Shown here: one piece after another, positions 1-8,618 of the stretch
Layout: each line of letters opens with the position of its first letter
How positions within the stretch are numbered: the first letter of the stretch is position 1
From: an uncultured Gaiellales bacterium
GTDB taxonomy: Bacteria; Actinomycetota; Thermoleophilia; Gaiellales; Gaiellaceae
Length of the DNA stretch: 54,987 nucleotides
Direction of reading: 5' to 3'
Assembly: GCA_964645445.1 (NCBI GenBank)
Contig: CAZXZX010000081.1
Span: forward strand, 1-54,987
Program-made: the position numbers and the translations under genes
The notes under the pieces: generated by a model
The model's database searches: none
Told to the model about the DNA's origin: nothing
The model's input: only the letters and a program-made list of their open reading frames with translations

Positions 1-666
<666 letters not shown>

Positions 667-704
667 AGTCTCTCCTTGTACCTCGGATCCGGCTTTTCGT
701 CTAC

Positions 705-1304
705 CTACCGGTGGGCGACGACGTTGTCGACCAGCCCGTAGTCCTTGGCCTCGTCTGAAGTCATGTAGTAGTCGCGCTCCATGTCCTTCGAGACCTTGTC
801 GACCGGCTGATTCGCGTGCTGGGCGATGATCTCCTCCAGGCGCCGCTTGAGATTGATCGTCTCCCGCGCCTGAATCTCGATGTCGGTGCCCTGGCCCTGG
901 AATCCGCCGGAAACCTGGTGGATGAGGATCTTGGAATTCGGCAGCGCGGCCCGCTTTCCCTCTTGGCCGGCCGCGAGGAGCAGCGCGCCCATCGACATCG
1001 CGATGCCGACGCAGGTGGTCGCGACCTCGCAGCGGATGAACTGCATGGTGTCGTAGATCGCGAGGCCGGCGTACACGGAGCCGCCCGGAGAGTTGATGTA
1101 CAGCTGGATGTCCTTGTCGGGGTCCTCGGACTCGAGGTGGATCATCTGCGCGACGACGAGGTTCGCGACCACGTCGTCGATCGGCGTCCCGAGGAAGATG
1201 ATTCGCTCGTTCAGGAGCCGCGAGTAGATGTCGAAGAAACGCTCGCCACGCGAGGTCTGTTCGATGACGGACGGTATGACGAGATTCGACGGTGTCGTAT
1301 ACAT
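705..1304 (-). CDS. clpP: ATP-dependent Clp protease proteolytic subunit ClpP
   Basis: Internal ATG (1302-1304) of track ORF 705..1541. The product is 199 aa, [39 protein letters not shown]...[11 protein letters not shown]...HQ, a typical ClpP. The upstream 79 codons of the track ORF are Arg-rich and overlap tig. Confidence 0.95.
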   Translation of the reverse strand: MYTTPSNLVIPSVIEQTSRGERFFDIYSRLLNERIIFLGTPIDDVVANLVVAQMIHLESEDPDKDIQLYINSPGGSVYAGLAIYDTMQFIRCEVATTCVGIAMSMGALLLAAGQEGKRAALPNSKILIHQVSGGFQGQGTDIEIQARETINLKRRLEEIIAQHANQPVDKVSKDMERDYYMTSDEAKDYGLVDNVVAHR

Positions 1305-1312
1305 GTGGCTCC

Positions 1313-2641
1313 TCAACTTCCCGGGGTCCAGAGTTTCGCTTCGGTCTTTGGCTGTTCCTTGTCGGGTGTCCAGATCGATTCTCGCGCAGCAGCGAGCTCG
1401 CGGGGGATCCGCTTGACCTCCGAGGCGATCCGGTCGAGCGTCTTGCGCATCTGCAGGCTCTCGCGGTCGCGCTCCCAGAGCTCGGTGCCCTTCATCTCGG
1501 CGATCGCGTCGTCGGCGTCCTCGAACCGCTCGTGGAGCCACGCTTCGAGCTCCTCGTCGGTCACCTCGATGCCGAGCTGCTCGGCGGCGGCCTCGAGGAC
1601 GAGCTCGCGCGCGACGGACCGCGTCGCCTCTTCCCGCAGACGCTCGAGCAGCTCGTCGGGCGACTGGCCCGTCATCGTCAAGTACGTCTCGACGCGCACG
1701 CCCCGCGACTCGACCTGGCGCGCGAGGGTGCGGAGGAGTTCTCGCGTACGCGCCTCGACGAGCGGTCCCGACGCGTCGACCTTCGACGCCTCGACGAGTG
1801 CGTCGGCGACGTCGGAGCGGAATTGCGTCTCGATCTCCTCCTCGATCTGCTCGCGCAGCCGCGACTCGACGTCGGCGCGCAGCTCGGCGAAGGTGTCGAA
1901 CTCGCTCGCGGCGCGCGCCAGCTCGTCGTCGAGCGGCGGCAGCACCTTCTCCTTGATCTCGTTCACCGTGATCGAGACCCCCTGCTTCGATCCGTCGGCG
2001 AGCTCGAACTCGACCTGCTTCATCTCACCGACGCTCATGCCGACGATGGCCTGCTCGATCTCGTCGACGACGGAGCCGCGGCCGAGCTCGACGACGTAGT
2101 CGCGCCGTGCCTCGCCCTGCGGCGACACCATGTCGACGACGACGGTGTCGTCGGGGCCGACGGGCCGCCCCTCCACGGGGACGAGCTCGGCGACGGTGCC
2201 GCGGACGGCGTCGAGCTCGCGCTCGACGAGCTCATCCGGGACCTCGGGCTCGTATGCGCCGACCTCGAGGGTCTTCCAGTCCGCGACCTCCGGCTTCGCC
2301 TGCACGGCCACCGTTGCGGTGAACTCCCAATCCTGGTCGTCCGAGTCCGGGAGCTCGAAGTCGTACTCCGGCTGCTCGACCGGGCGGACGCGCGACTTCG
2401 CGGCGGCGTTCCAGAACCAGCCGCCGATGTGGCTCTCGACCGCCTCGGTCATGAGCCGCTCGCGGCCGACGCGCTGCACGAGAACGTTACGCGGCACCTT
2501 GCCCTTGCGAAAGCCGGGGATCTTGGCACTCTTCGCGAGGTCGGTGGCGGCATGCTCGACTGCGTGGTGGACGTCGTGGGACGGCACCTGAACGGTGATC
2601 CGGACCCGGTTCTCGGGCAGCTCCTCGACCTGGGTCTGCAC
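1313..2641 (-). CDS. tig: Trigger factor
   Basis: GTG start at 2639-2641 gives [54 protein letters not shown], the canonical trigger-factor N-terminus. The product is 442 aa. The gene sits in the conserved tig-clpP-clpX order. The alternative ATG at 2695 would add 18 aa. Confidence 0.9.
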   Translation of the reverse strand: MQTQVEELPENRVRITVQVPSHDVHHAVEHAATDLAKSAKIPGFRKGKVPRNVLVQRVGRERLMTEAVESHIGGWFWNAAAKSRVRPVEQPEYDFELPDSDDQDWEFTATVAVQAKPEVADWKTLEVGAYEPEVPDELVERELDAVRGTVAELVPVEGRPVGPDDTVVVDMVSPQGEARRDYVVELGRGSVVDEIEQAIVGMSVGEMKQVEFELADGSKQGVSITVNEIKEKVLPPLDDELARAASEFDTFAELRADVESRLREQIEEEIETQFRSDVADALVEASKVDASGPLVEARTRELLRTLARQVESRGVRVETYLTMTGQSPDELLERLREEATRSVARELVLEAAAEQLGIEVTDEELEAWLHERFEDADDAIAEMKGTELWERDRESLQMRKTLDRIASEVKRIPRELAAARESIWTPDKEQPKTEAKLWTPGS

Positions 2642-2681
2642 CCGGCCATTCAAGCAGAGGAGGTGTAGCCTGCCGCCCCAG

Positions 2682-3278
2682 TTGCGGCTGTTCATCCTCA
2701 CCCGGCACGCCCATTCCACGCTCAACGAGGAGGGCCGTGTGAACGGCGATCCGGCCGTCCCGGTGCCGCTCACGGCGGAGGGGAAGGCCGAGGCTGCCCG
2801 GCTCGGGCACCAGCTCGTCGCCCTGCGGATCGACCTCTGCGTCCATACGCGCTTCCAGCGGACGCGGGAAACGGCGGAGCTCATCCTCAAGGGCCGGTCG
2901 GTTCCCTTCCTCGAGGAGCCCGAGCTCGACGACGTCCGAATCGGAGAGCTCGAGGGCGAGCCGCTCGAGAATTACCGCGCGTGGAAGCGCGCGCACACGC
3001 GCGCTGACCCGTTTCCCGGCGGAGAGAGCCTCGACGACGCCGCTCGGCGGTACGCCCGCGCGTTCCGCCGACTGCTCGATCGCACCGAACCGGTGACGCT
3101 CGTCGTCTGCCACGAGATCCCGATCCGCTACGCGCTGAACGCGGCCGAGGGGTCGGACGACCTCGACGCGCCGGAGCACACGATCCCGAACGCGACGCCG
3201 TATCTGCTCGACGACACCAGCCTGGCCCGCGCTGCGGAGGGAATCGAGCGGCTCACGACGAATCCCACGCCACGATGA
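2682..3278 (+). CDS. Histidine phosphatase family protein (phosphoglycerate-mutase-like)
   Basis: LRLFILTRHAHSTLN (RHG-type motif) and a downstream VVCHEIPIRY second His motif. I chose the TTG start at 2682, downstream of GAGGAGG at 2657-2663. An in-frame CTG at 2670 is also possible, so the start is uncertain. Confidence 0.75.
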   Translation: MRLFILTRHAHSTLNEEGRVNGDPAVPVPLTAEGKAEAARLGHQLVALRIDLCVHTRFQRTRETAELILKGRSVPFLEEPELDDVRIGELEGEPLENYRAWKRAHTRADPFPGGESLDDAARRYARAFRRLLDRTEPVTLVVCHEIPIRYALNAAEGSDDLDAPEHTIPNATPYLLDDTSLARAAEGIERLTTNPTPR

Positions 3279-3376
3279 CCGCGCTGTCCTGGCTCCTCGT
3301 TGCCGTCGTGTCCCTCATCTGGGTCGCGATGTTCGGCGCGGTCGCGTGGCGCGCGCGCTACACGTCAGGACGTTGA
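3275..3376 (+). CDS. Candidate 33-aa single-pass membrane micropeptide (unannotated micro-ORF)
   Basis: ATG at 3275 overlaps the phosphatase stop (ATGA). The product is MTALSWLLVAVVSLIWVAMFGAVAWRARYTSGR. About 30 of 33 third positions are G/C. Its TGA (3374-3376) overlaps an in-frame TTG (3373-3375) of the downstream permease (TTGA). It is absent from the ORF track because of its length. Confidence 0.45.
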   Translation: MTALSWLLVAVVSLIWVAMFGAVAWRARYTSGR

Positions 3377-4554
3377 CGCACGTCCTCCACGAGCTGTGGC
3401 GAGCGCTGAGCTTCGCCTTCGGCATGACGTGGACGATCCTCTGGGCGCTCGTCCTCGGCTTCGCGCTCTCCGCCGCCGTGCAGGCGGTGGTCTCGAAACG
3501 AGAGATGCGCAAGCTGCTGCCGGACGCCTCGCCGCGCACACTCACCGTCGCAGCCGGCCTTGGCGCCGCGTCGTCGTCGTGCTCCTACGCGTCGGTGGCC
3601 CTCGCGCGCTCGCTCTTCCGCAAAGGAGCGAACTTCACCGCGGCGATGGCGTTCGAGATCGCGTCGACGAACCTCGTGATCGAGCTCGGCATCGTCATGG
3701 GGCTGCTGCTCGGATGGCAGTTCGTCGCAGGCGAGTTCGTCGGCGGCCCGCTGATGATCGTGCTCGTGGCGGTGCTCTTCCGCGCGTTCCTGCGACCGCG
3801 TCTCGTCGAGGAAGCCCGCGCTGAAGCCGACAAGGGCCGGCTCGGGTCGATGGAGGGGCACGCGGAGATGGATATGTCCATCGGCCCGGGGAAGCGTGTG
3901 CTGTCGCCGGAGGGATTCACGTCGACCGCGGATTACTTCGTCATGGACTGGGCGGCCGTCTGGCGCGACGTCTTCGGCGGGCTGCTCATCGCCGGAGCGC
4001 TGGCCGCCTGGGTGCCCGACTCGTTCTGGCGCGGACTCTTCCTCGAGCACCACGGGGCGCTGTCGAAGGTGTGGGGGCCGTTGATCGGGCCGGCGGTCGC
4101 AATGCTGAGCTTCGTCTGCTCCATCGGGAACGTGCCGCTCGCGGCCGTCCTGTGGAACGGCGGCATCAGCTTCGGCGGCGTCATCGCGTTCGTGTTCGCC
4201 GACCTGCTCATCCTCCCCATCCTCGACATCTACCGGCGCTACTACGGCAAGCGCATGGCCGCATTCATCCTCGTCACCTTCTACGCGTCGATGGCGGGAG
4301 CCGGCCTCGTCGTCGAGCTCCTCTTCCAGGCGCTCGGCATCGTGCCGACCGAGCGCAATGCGAAGGTCGTGACGGCGTCGGTGACGTGGAACTACACGAC
4401 GTTCCTGAACATCGTCTTCCTGCTCGTCGCCGGCACGCTCGTGTGGCGGTACTTCCGCCGCGGCGGCGGCTGGTCGATGCTGAAGATGATGGACACGCCG
4501 ATGGACGAGCACGCACACCACCACCACCCCGAGCACGCGCATCACCATGCGTGA
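3346..4554 (+). CDS. Predicted permease (UPF0718/ArsP-like multi-pass membrane protein) with His-rich C-terminal tail
   Basis: 402-aa hydrophobic protein with the two-repeat permease architecture: GLGAASSSCSYASVALARSLFRKGANF ... SFVCSIGNVPLAAVLW. The C-terminus is MDEHAHHHHPEHAHHHA. The start could be GTG 3346 or TTG 3373. Confidence 0.75.
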   Translation: MARALHVRTLTHVLHELWRALSFAFGMTWTILWALVLGFALSAAVQAVVSKREMRKLLPDASPRTLTVAAGLGAASSSCSYASVALARSLFRKGANFTAAMAFEIASTNLVIELGIVMGLLLGWQFVAGEFVGGPLMIVLVAVLFRAFLRPRLVEEARAEADKGRLGSMEGHAEMDMSIGPGKRVLSPEGFTSTADYFVMDWAAVWRDVFGGLLIAGALAAWVPDSFWRGLFLEHHGALSKVWGPLIGPAVAMLSFVCSIGNVPLAAVLWNGGISFGGVIAFVFADLLILPILDIYRRYYGKRMAAFILVTFYASMAGAGLVVELLFQALGIVPTERNAKVVTASVTWNYTTFLNIVFLLVAGTLVWRYFRRGGGWSMLKMMDTPMDEHAHHHHPEHAHHHA

Positions 4555-4555
4555 A

Positions 4556-4639
4556 TGCGGGCGGAGGGACTCGAACCCCCAAGAGCTTTCGCTCAATGGC
4601 TCCTAAGGCCATCGCGTTTACCAATTCCGCCACGCCCGC
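4556..4639 (-). tRNA. tRNA-Leu (anticodon UAG)
   Basis: Reverse complement is GCGGGCG-U-GGCGGAATTGGTAAACGC-G-ATGGC-CTTAGGA-GCCAT-(long variable arm TGAGCGAAAGCTCT)-TGGGGGTTCGAGTCCCTC-CGCCCGC-A. This is a class II cloverleaf with a canonical T-loop. Confidence 0.9.
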
Positions 4640-4649
4640 TTACGCGCGT

Positions 4650-4928
4650 CTAACGGTACTCGGCACGAACCGTGCCCATCAGCGTCCCGCCGTGGACGGG
4701 CGTCCCGTCACGATGGAGCACGTCCACCTCGAAGCCGGGATAGCGGAGCCGGAAGCGCCCCTCCCGCCACGCCGTGACGCTCGCCGCGTCGGGCATCGCA
4801 CGGCGGTACGGGTACGTCGGCATGTGCGTCCGGTCTCCGCGGACGTTCCGGCCGTCGAGGTGACGGATCGCGACGAGGAAGCCCTCGACGTTCCAGATCC
4901 GCCGCTCGACCGATTCGACCGTAGCCAC
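4650..4928 (-). CDS. Hypothetical protein (92 aa)
   Basis: ORF with GC-rich third positions that fills the gap between tRNA-Leu and the S9 peptidase gene. I recognise no family (MATVESVERRIWNVEGFLVAIRHLDGRNV...). Confidence 0.4.
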   Translation of the reverse strand: MATVESVERRIWNVEGFLVAIRHLDGRNVRGDRTHMPTYPYRRAMPDAASVTAWREGRFRLRYPGFEVDVLHRDGTPVHGGTLMGTVRAEYR

Positions 4929-4975
4929 GCGCCAATCGTCTCATGCCAACGTGGTCCGATCTATAGTCCCCGCCC

Positions 4976-6919
4976 GTGGCCGGGATGAGACCCGAGGACG
5001 TTTACGAGCTCACCGGCGTCGCCGATCCTCGCCTCTCTCCCGATCGGACACGGGTCGCGTACCAGGTCTGGTCGCTCGACAAGGACAAGAACGAGTACCG
5101 CGGCGCGATCTGGGTCGCGCCCGTCGACGGCTCCGACGAGCAGCGACAGTTCACGTCCGGCGAACGGCGCGACGGCATGCCGCGCTGGTCGCCCGACGGC
5201 AGGTGGCTGTCGTTCGCGTCGAACCGCGGCGAGGACAAGACACCGGCGAACCTCTACGTCATCCCCGCCGAGGGAGGCGAAGCACGCAAGCTCACCGATC
5301 TGAAGGAGAGCGTGGAAAGCGCGGAGTGGTCGCCGGATTCCTCGCGCATCGTCTTCACCGCACGCGACCGTGACGAGGCGTACGACGAGGAGGACGACCG
5401 CAAGCGCAGACCGCGCCGGTTCCGGCGCGTCTTCCACAAGCTCGACAGCGTCGGCTGGACGGGCGACCGGCGGAAGCACCTCTGGATCGTCGACCTCGAC
5501 GGCAACGTGCGACAGCTCACGGGCGGCGACTTCGAGGACGATACGCCGGCGTGGTCGTCGGACGGGAAACGCATCGTCTTCGCAGCGCTGCGCACGCCGG
5601 ACTGGGACGTCGAGCTGATCTCACGGCTCTATTCCGTCGACGCCGACGGCGGCGAGCCAGACCAGCTGACCGGGGGCGACGGCGCGTTCGGCTGGCCGGC
5701 CCTCTCGCCCGACGGGCGCCTTGCGCACGAGTGGACGATCGAGGACGGCACCGATCCGCACCACACGCAGATCGCAGTGGCGGAGAAGCCCGGCGCGCCG
5801 GCAACGGTCCTCACCGCGTCACTCGACCGGCAGTGCGGGCCGTATCCGCCGATCCGCGGCCCGGTCTGGAACGGGGAGCGCATCGTGTTCGCGGTCGAGG
5901 ACGGCGGCAACGTCCACCTCTACTCCGTCGCGGCCGACGGTGCGGGCAAACCGGAGCTGCTCGTCGGCGGGGAGCAGGTGATCAGCGGCTTCGACGTCGC
6001 CGCAGACGTGCTCGTCTACGTCGGCAGCACCCACACGACGATGCGCGAGCTCTACAACGGCGATGGGACGCAGCTCACGCACGTCGGAAAGGACTTCGTC
6101 GAGAGGCGCACGCTGAGCGAGCCCGAGCGCTTCACCGCGGTGTCGCAGGACGGCACCGAGGTCGACGCCTGGATCGTCCGCCCTCCGGACTTCGATCCGT
6201 CCAAGCGGTACCCGGTCATCCTCACGATCCACGGCGGCCCGTTCGCGCAGTACGGCACCGGCTTCTTCGACGAGGTGCAGGTAATGGCCGCCGGCGGCCA
6301 TGTCGTCCTGTTCTCGAACCCGCGCGGCGGATCGGGCCACTCGGAAGCCTGGGCTCGCGCGATCCGCGGGCCGGTCGGCGACGCCGGGCCGGGCTGGGGC
6401 AGCGTCGACTACGAGGACGTCATGGCCGTCGTCGACACCGCGCTCGAGACGTTCGACTTCCTCGACGGCGACCGCATGGGCGTGATCGGCGGCTCGTACG
6501 GCGGCTTCATGACCTCGTGGATCGTCGGGCACACGAATCGCTTCAGGGCGGCGATAACGGAGCGGAGTGTCAACAACCTCGTGAGCATGTTCGGGTCGAG
6601 CGACCTGTTCTGGGTGTTCGAGCGGCAGTTCGGCGGACCGATGTGGGACAACGTCGAGGCGCACCTCGAGAAGTCACCGTCGACGTACGCGAAGGACATC
6701 GAGACGCCGCTGCTGATCCTCCACTCGGAGAACGACCTGCGCTGTCCGGTCGAGCAGGGCGAGCATCTCTTCTCACTGCTGCGCCTGCTCGGCAAGGACG
6801 TCGAGATCGTGCGCTTCCCGGCCGAGAGCCACGAGCTCACGCGCAGCGGCTCCCCGATCCACCGCGTGGAGCGCTTCGAGATCGTCCTCGACTGGTTCGG
6901 CAAGTACCTGCAGCCGTAG
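4976..6919 (+). CDS. S9 family serine peptidase (acylaminoacyl-peptidase / prolyl oligopeptidase-like)
   Basis: N-terminal beta-propeller repeats (WSPDGRWLSF, WSPDSSRIVF, WSSDGKRIVF), then an alpha/beta hydrolase domain with the nucleophile elbow GVIGGSYGGFMTSW, and later D...H (ESHELTR). The start is GTG 4976 or ATG 4985. Confidence 0.9.
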   Translation: MAGMRPEDVYELTGVADPRLSPDRTRVAYQVWSLDKDKNEYRGAIWVAPVDGSDEQRQFTSGERRDGMPRWSPDGRWLSFASNRGEDKTPANLYVIPAEGGEARKLTDLKESVESAEWSPDSSRIVFTARDRDEAYDEEDDRKRRPRRFRRVFHKLDSVGWTGDRRKHLWIVDLDGNVRQLTGGDFEDDTPAWSSDGKRIVFAALRTPDWDVELISRLYSVDADGGEPDQLTGGDGAFGWPALSPDGRLAHEWTIEDGTDPHHTQIAVAEKPGAPATVLTASLDRQCGPYPPIRGPVWNGERIVFAVEDGGNVHLYSVAADGAGKPELLVGGEQVISGFDVAADVLVYVGSTHTTMRELYNGDGTQLTHVGKDFVERRTLSEPERFTAVSQDGTEVDAWIVRPPDFDPSKRYPVILTIHGGPFAQYGTGFFDEVQVMAAGGHVVLFSNPRGGSGHSEAWARAIRGPVGDAGPGWGSVDYEDVMAVVDTALETFDFLDGDRMGVIGGSYGGFMTSWIVGHTNRFRAAITERSVNNLVSMFGSSDLFWVFERQFGGPMWDNVEAHLEKSPSTYAKDIETPLLILHSENDLRCPVEQGEHLFSLLRLLGKDVEIVRFPAESHELTRSGSPIHRVERFEIVLDWFGKYLQP

Positions 6920-7037
6920 ACAGTTCGCCAAAGCCTCCGCCCCGCACGCGGAGATGGCACAGCCACCGCCGCGTGCGCGCAGAACAAGACCTGGAACGAG
7001 ACTCGTAGCCGCTAACCGGTGAAAGTGCGCAGCACGT

Positions 7038-7658
7038 TCACCAAGAATCCCAGTGGACCATCGAGTCGAGCGGCTTGCGCTTGCCCGGCTTGAAGTCCGT
7101 GCCGATCGTGTACGCGAGCGGGATGAGCGCGACCTGCGTCACCTCGTCGTACGGAATGCCCAGGATGTCGGCGGCCGCCCGCTCGTGCATGAGGTGGAAC
7201 GTCGTCCAGACCGTGCCGAGGCCGCGCGCGCGGGCGGCGAGCATGAACGACCACGACGCCGGGATGATCGACCCGAACATCGACGCGACGAGGGGGTTTG
7301 ACTTCCCCTCGTACCGGCCGACGACGCAGGGGATCACGTGGACGGGCACCTCGTGGATGTGGTCGGCGAGATGGACGACGGCGTCGCCGATGCGGGCCAT
7401 CTGCCCCTCGCGCGGGCCGCCGCCGCGCTGGAGGTACGGGAACGCGACCTCGCGCCAGAGCTCGCCGAGAGCGGCGCGCTTCTCCGGGTCGGTGACGACG
7501 ACGAAGTGCCAGTTCTGCGAGTAGCTCGCCGTGGGCGCCTGCTGCGCGAGTCGCAGGCACTCCTCGATCACCTCCCGCTCGACCGGCCGCGTCAGGTCGA
7601 GGCGCTTCCGGACGGCGCGGGTCGTCGAAAGGAGCTCGTCGGGGGTCAGCTCGAGCAC
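7038..7658 (-). CDS. Nitroreductase family protein
   Basis: 206 aa: LSTTRAVRKRLDLTRPVEREVIEECLRLAQQAPTASYSQNWHFVVVTDPEKRAAL, a typical nitroreductase-fold N-terminus. The GGGAGGTAGG SD upstream is embedded in a CCTCC-GAC-GGGAGG hairpin. Confidence 0.85.
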   Translation of the reverse strand: MLELTPDELLSTTRAVRKRLDLTRPVEREVIEECLRLAQQAPTASYSQNWHFVVVTDPEKRAALGELWREVAFPYLQRGGGPREGQMARIGDAVVHLADHIHEVPVHVIPCVVGRYEGKSNPLVASMFGSIIPASWSFMLAARARGLGTVWTTFHLMHERAAADILGIPYDEVTQVALIPLAYTIGTDFKPGKRKPLDSMVHWDSW

Positions 7659-8221
7659 GTGGGGAACCTACCTCCCGTCGGAGGTCACGTGAGCGGCAAT
7701 CGACCCCTCGGCCGCAAGCCCGGCCTTCGCGTCACGGCGGGCCTGGTGCCGAGCGCCGGATCCCTCGAAGGGGGCAAGCCGTCCCGGGAGGAAAGGACTG
7801 TTCAGGCGGCTGATGCATCGCGCGACCGGCCGAAGATGATGCTGTGTAGGCGGATGAACTGGATTACCGGAGCCCAACTGCTTGCCGACCGGATCGGCAC
7901 GAAGCCAGCCAGAGAGCCGAAGTACATTCCGGCCGACGCGCCTGCCCTCTGGCACTGGTGTGGAGTGAGTCCCGATCCTGCGCCCGTAGCTACCGGCAAC
8001 GACGTCGCGCCCTTGCCCAAACCTCAGCGGCCGGTGATCGTGTCTTCCCCCGCGCGCGCGCTCCGCATGTCCGCCCTCGCCGCTCGGCGAGCTTGACCCA
8101 CAAGCGCTCCCGGTTGCGGCGTCGACCGGCTCTCCGCGCAGCTTCCCCGTCCCGGTGCACGGCGTGACGGGACCTGACCGTCGCGGCGGATCCGCTCGAC
8201 CTTCCATGAGTTGGCCGCGCT

Positions 8222-8407
8222 GTGGACGAGAACGTGCCCGTCGAGGCTCGGATCGTGGCGGACACGGGGCTCGTCGAGCGACTCCTGGAGCGCAAGTACG
8301 GACTGTTCTACCGGCTCATCCACAGCTACGGCGTTGTCAACCGCCGGCTTCGACACAGGCCGGTCCCGGCGTCGGTGACGATCGAGATCGTCGCGCCGCC
8401 GCAGTAG
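8222..8407 (+). pseudogene. Possible C-terminal remnant of a PPOX/F420-type split-barrel flavoenzyme (or an orphan short ORF)
   Basis: 61-codon ORF bounded upstream by TGA (8207-8209). VPVEARIVADTGLVERLLERKYGLFYRLI...VTIEIV resembles the C-terminal end of pyridoxamine-5'-phosphate-oxidase-like proteins, from my recollection only. I found no matching N-terminal half in any frame upstream. Confidence 0.2.
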
Positions 8408-8523
8408 CAACGGCGACCCGGGATTTGCAAGACGCCGCCATCCGACGAGCCTCGAGTGCCGGCCGCCATGTCAGCCCTCGCACGGCTTCGAGAGCGGACT
8501 CCGGCCGGCTGGCCGGCTGGCGA

Positions 8524-8595
8524 TGGCCCCGGGAGGAATCGAACCTCCGCGCGCAGCTTCGAAGGCTGCCGCTCTATCCGCTGAGCTACGGGGCC
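8524..8595 (-). tRNA. tRNA-Arg (anticodon UCG)
   Basis: Reverse complement is GGCCCCG-TA-GCTC-AGCGGATA-GAGC-G-GCAGC-CTTCGAA-GCTGC-GCGC-GGAGG-TTCGATT-CCTCC-CGGGGCC-A. Confidence 0.9.
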
Positions 8596-8618
8596 GGACG
8601 GGAAGCGTAACTGGGCCT

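Noticed and set aside
7755-7805. Glycine-riboswitch-like string CGAAGGGGGCAAGCCGTCCCGGGAGGAAAGGACTG, compared with the consensus …CCGAAGGGGCAA…CTCTCAGGCAAAAGGACAG.
   Set aside because: Only the two short core strings resemble the consensus. The GGAGAG 5' partner and the P3b hairpin between the two cores are missing, and there is no second aptamer. No glycine-cleavage or transporter gene lies downstream on the plus strand. Part of the string is also the 11-mer shared with the tRNA-Arg gene. It needs a covariance-model scan before any claim is made.
7836-8096. 86-codon ORF MMLCRRMNWITGAQLLADRIGTKPAREPKYIPADAPALWHWCGVSPDPAPVATG… inside the tRNA-Arg-adjacent spacer.
   Set aside because: Third-position GC bias is only moderate, there is no SD sequence, and I recognise no family. 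It is kept only as part of the spacer finding rather than called as a gene.
7668-8100. Possible RNase P RNA or tmRNA in the large non-coding spacer. The spacer is structured, is less GC-rich, begins GGGGAACC… and contains GGGAGGAAAGGAC and GGATGAACTGG.
   Set aside because: On neither strand could I find the conserved RNase P cores in the right order and spacing. GAGGAAAGTCCGGGC and ACAGAACCCGGCTTA are absent, and the two look-alike strings are only about 60 nt apart. There is also no tRNA-like 3' end (…GGTTCGAnTCC…CCACCA) or tag ORF for tmRNA.
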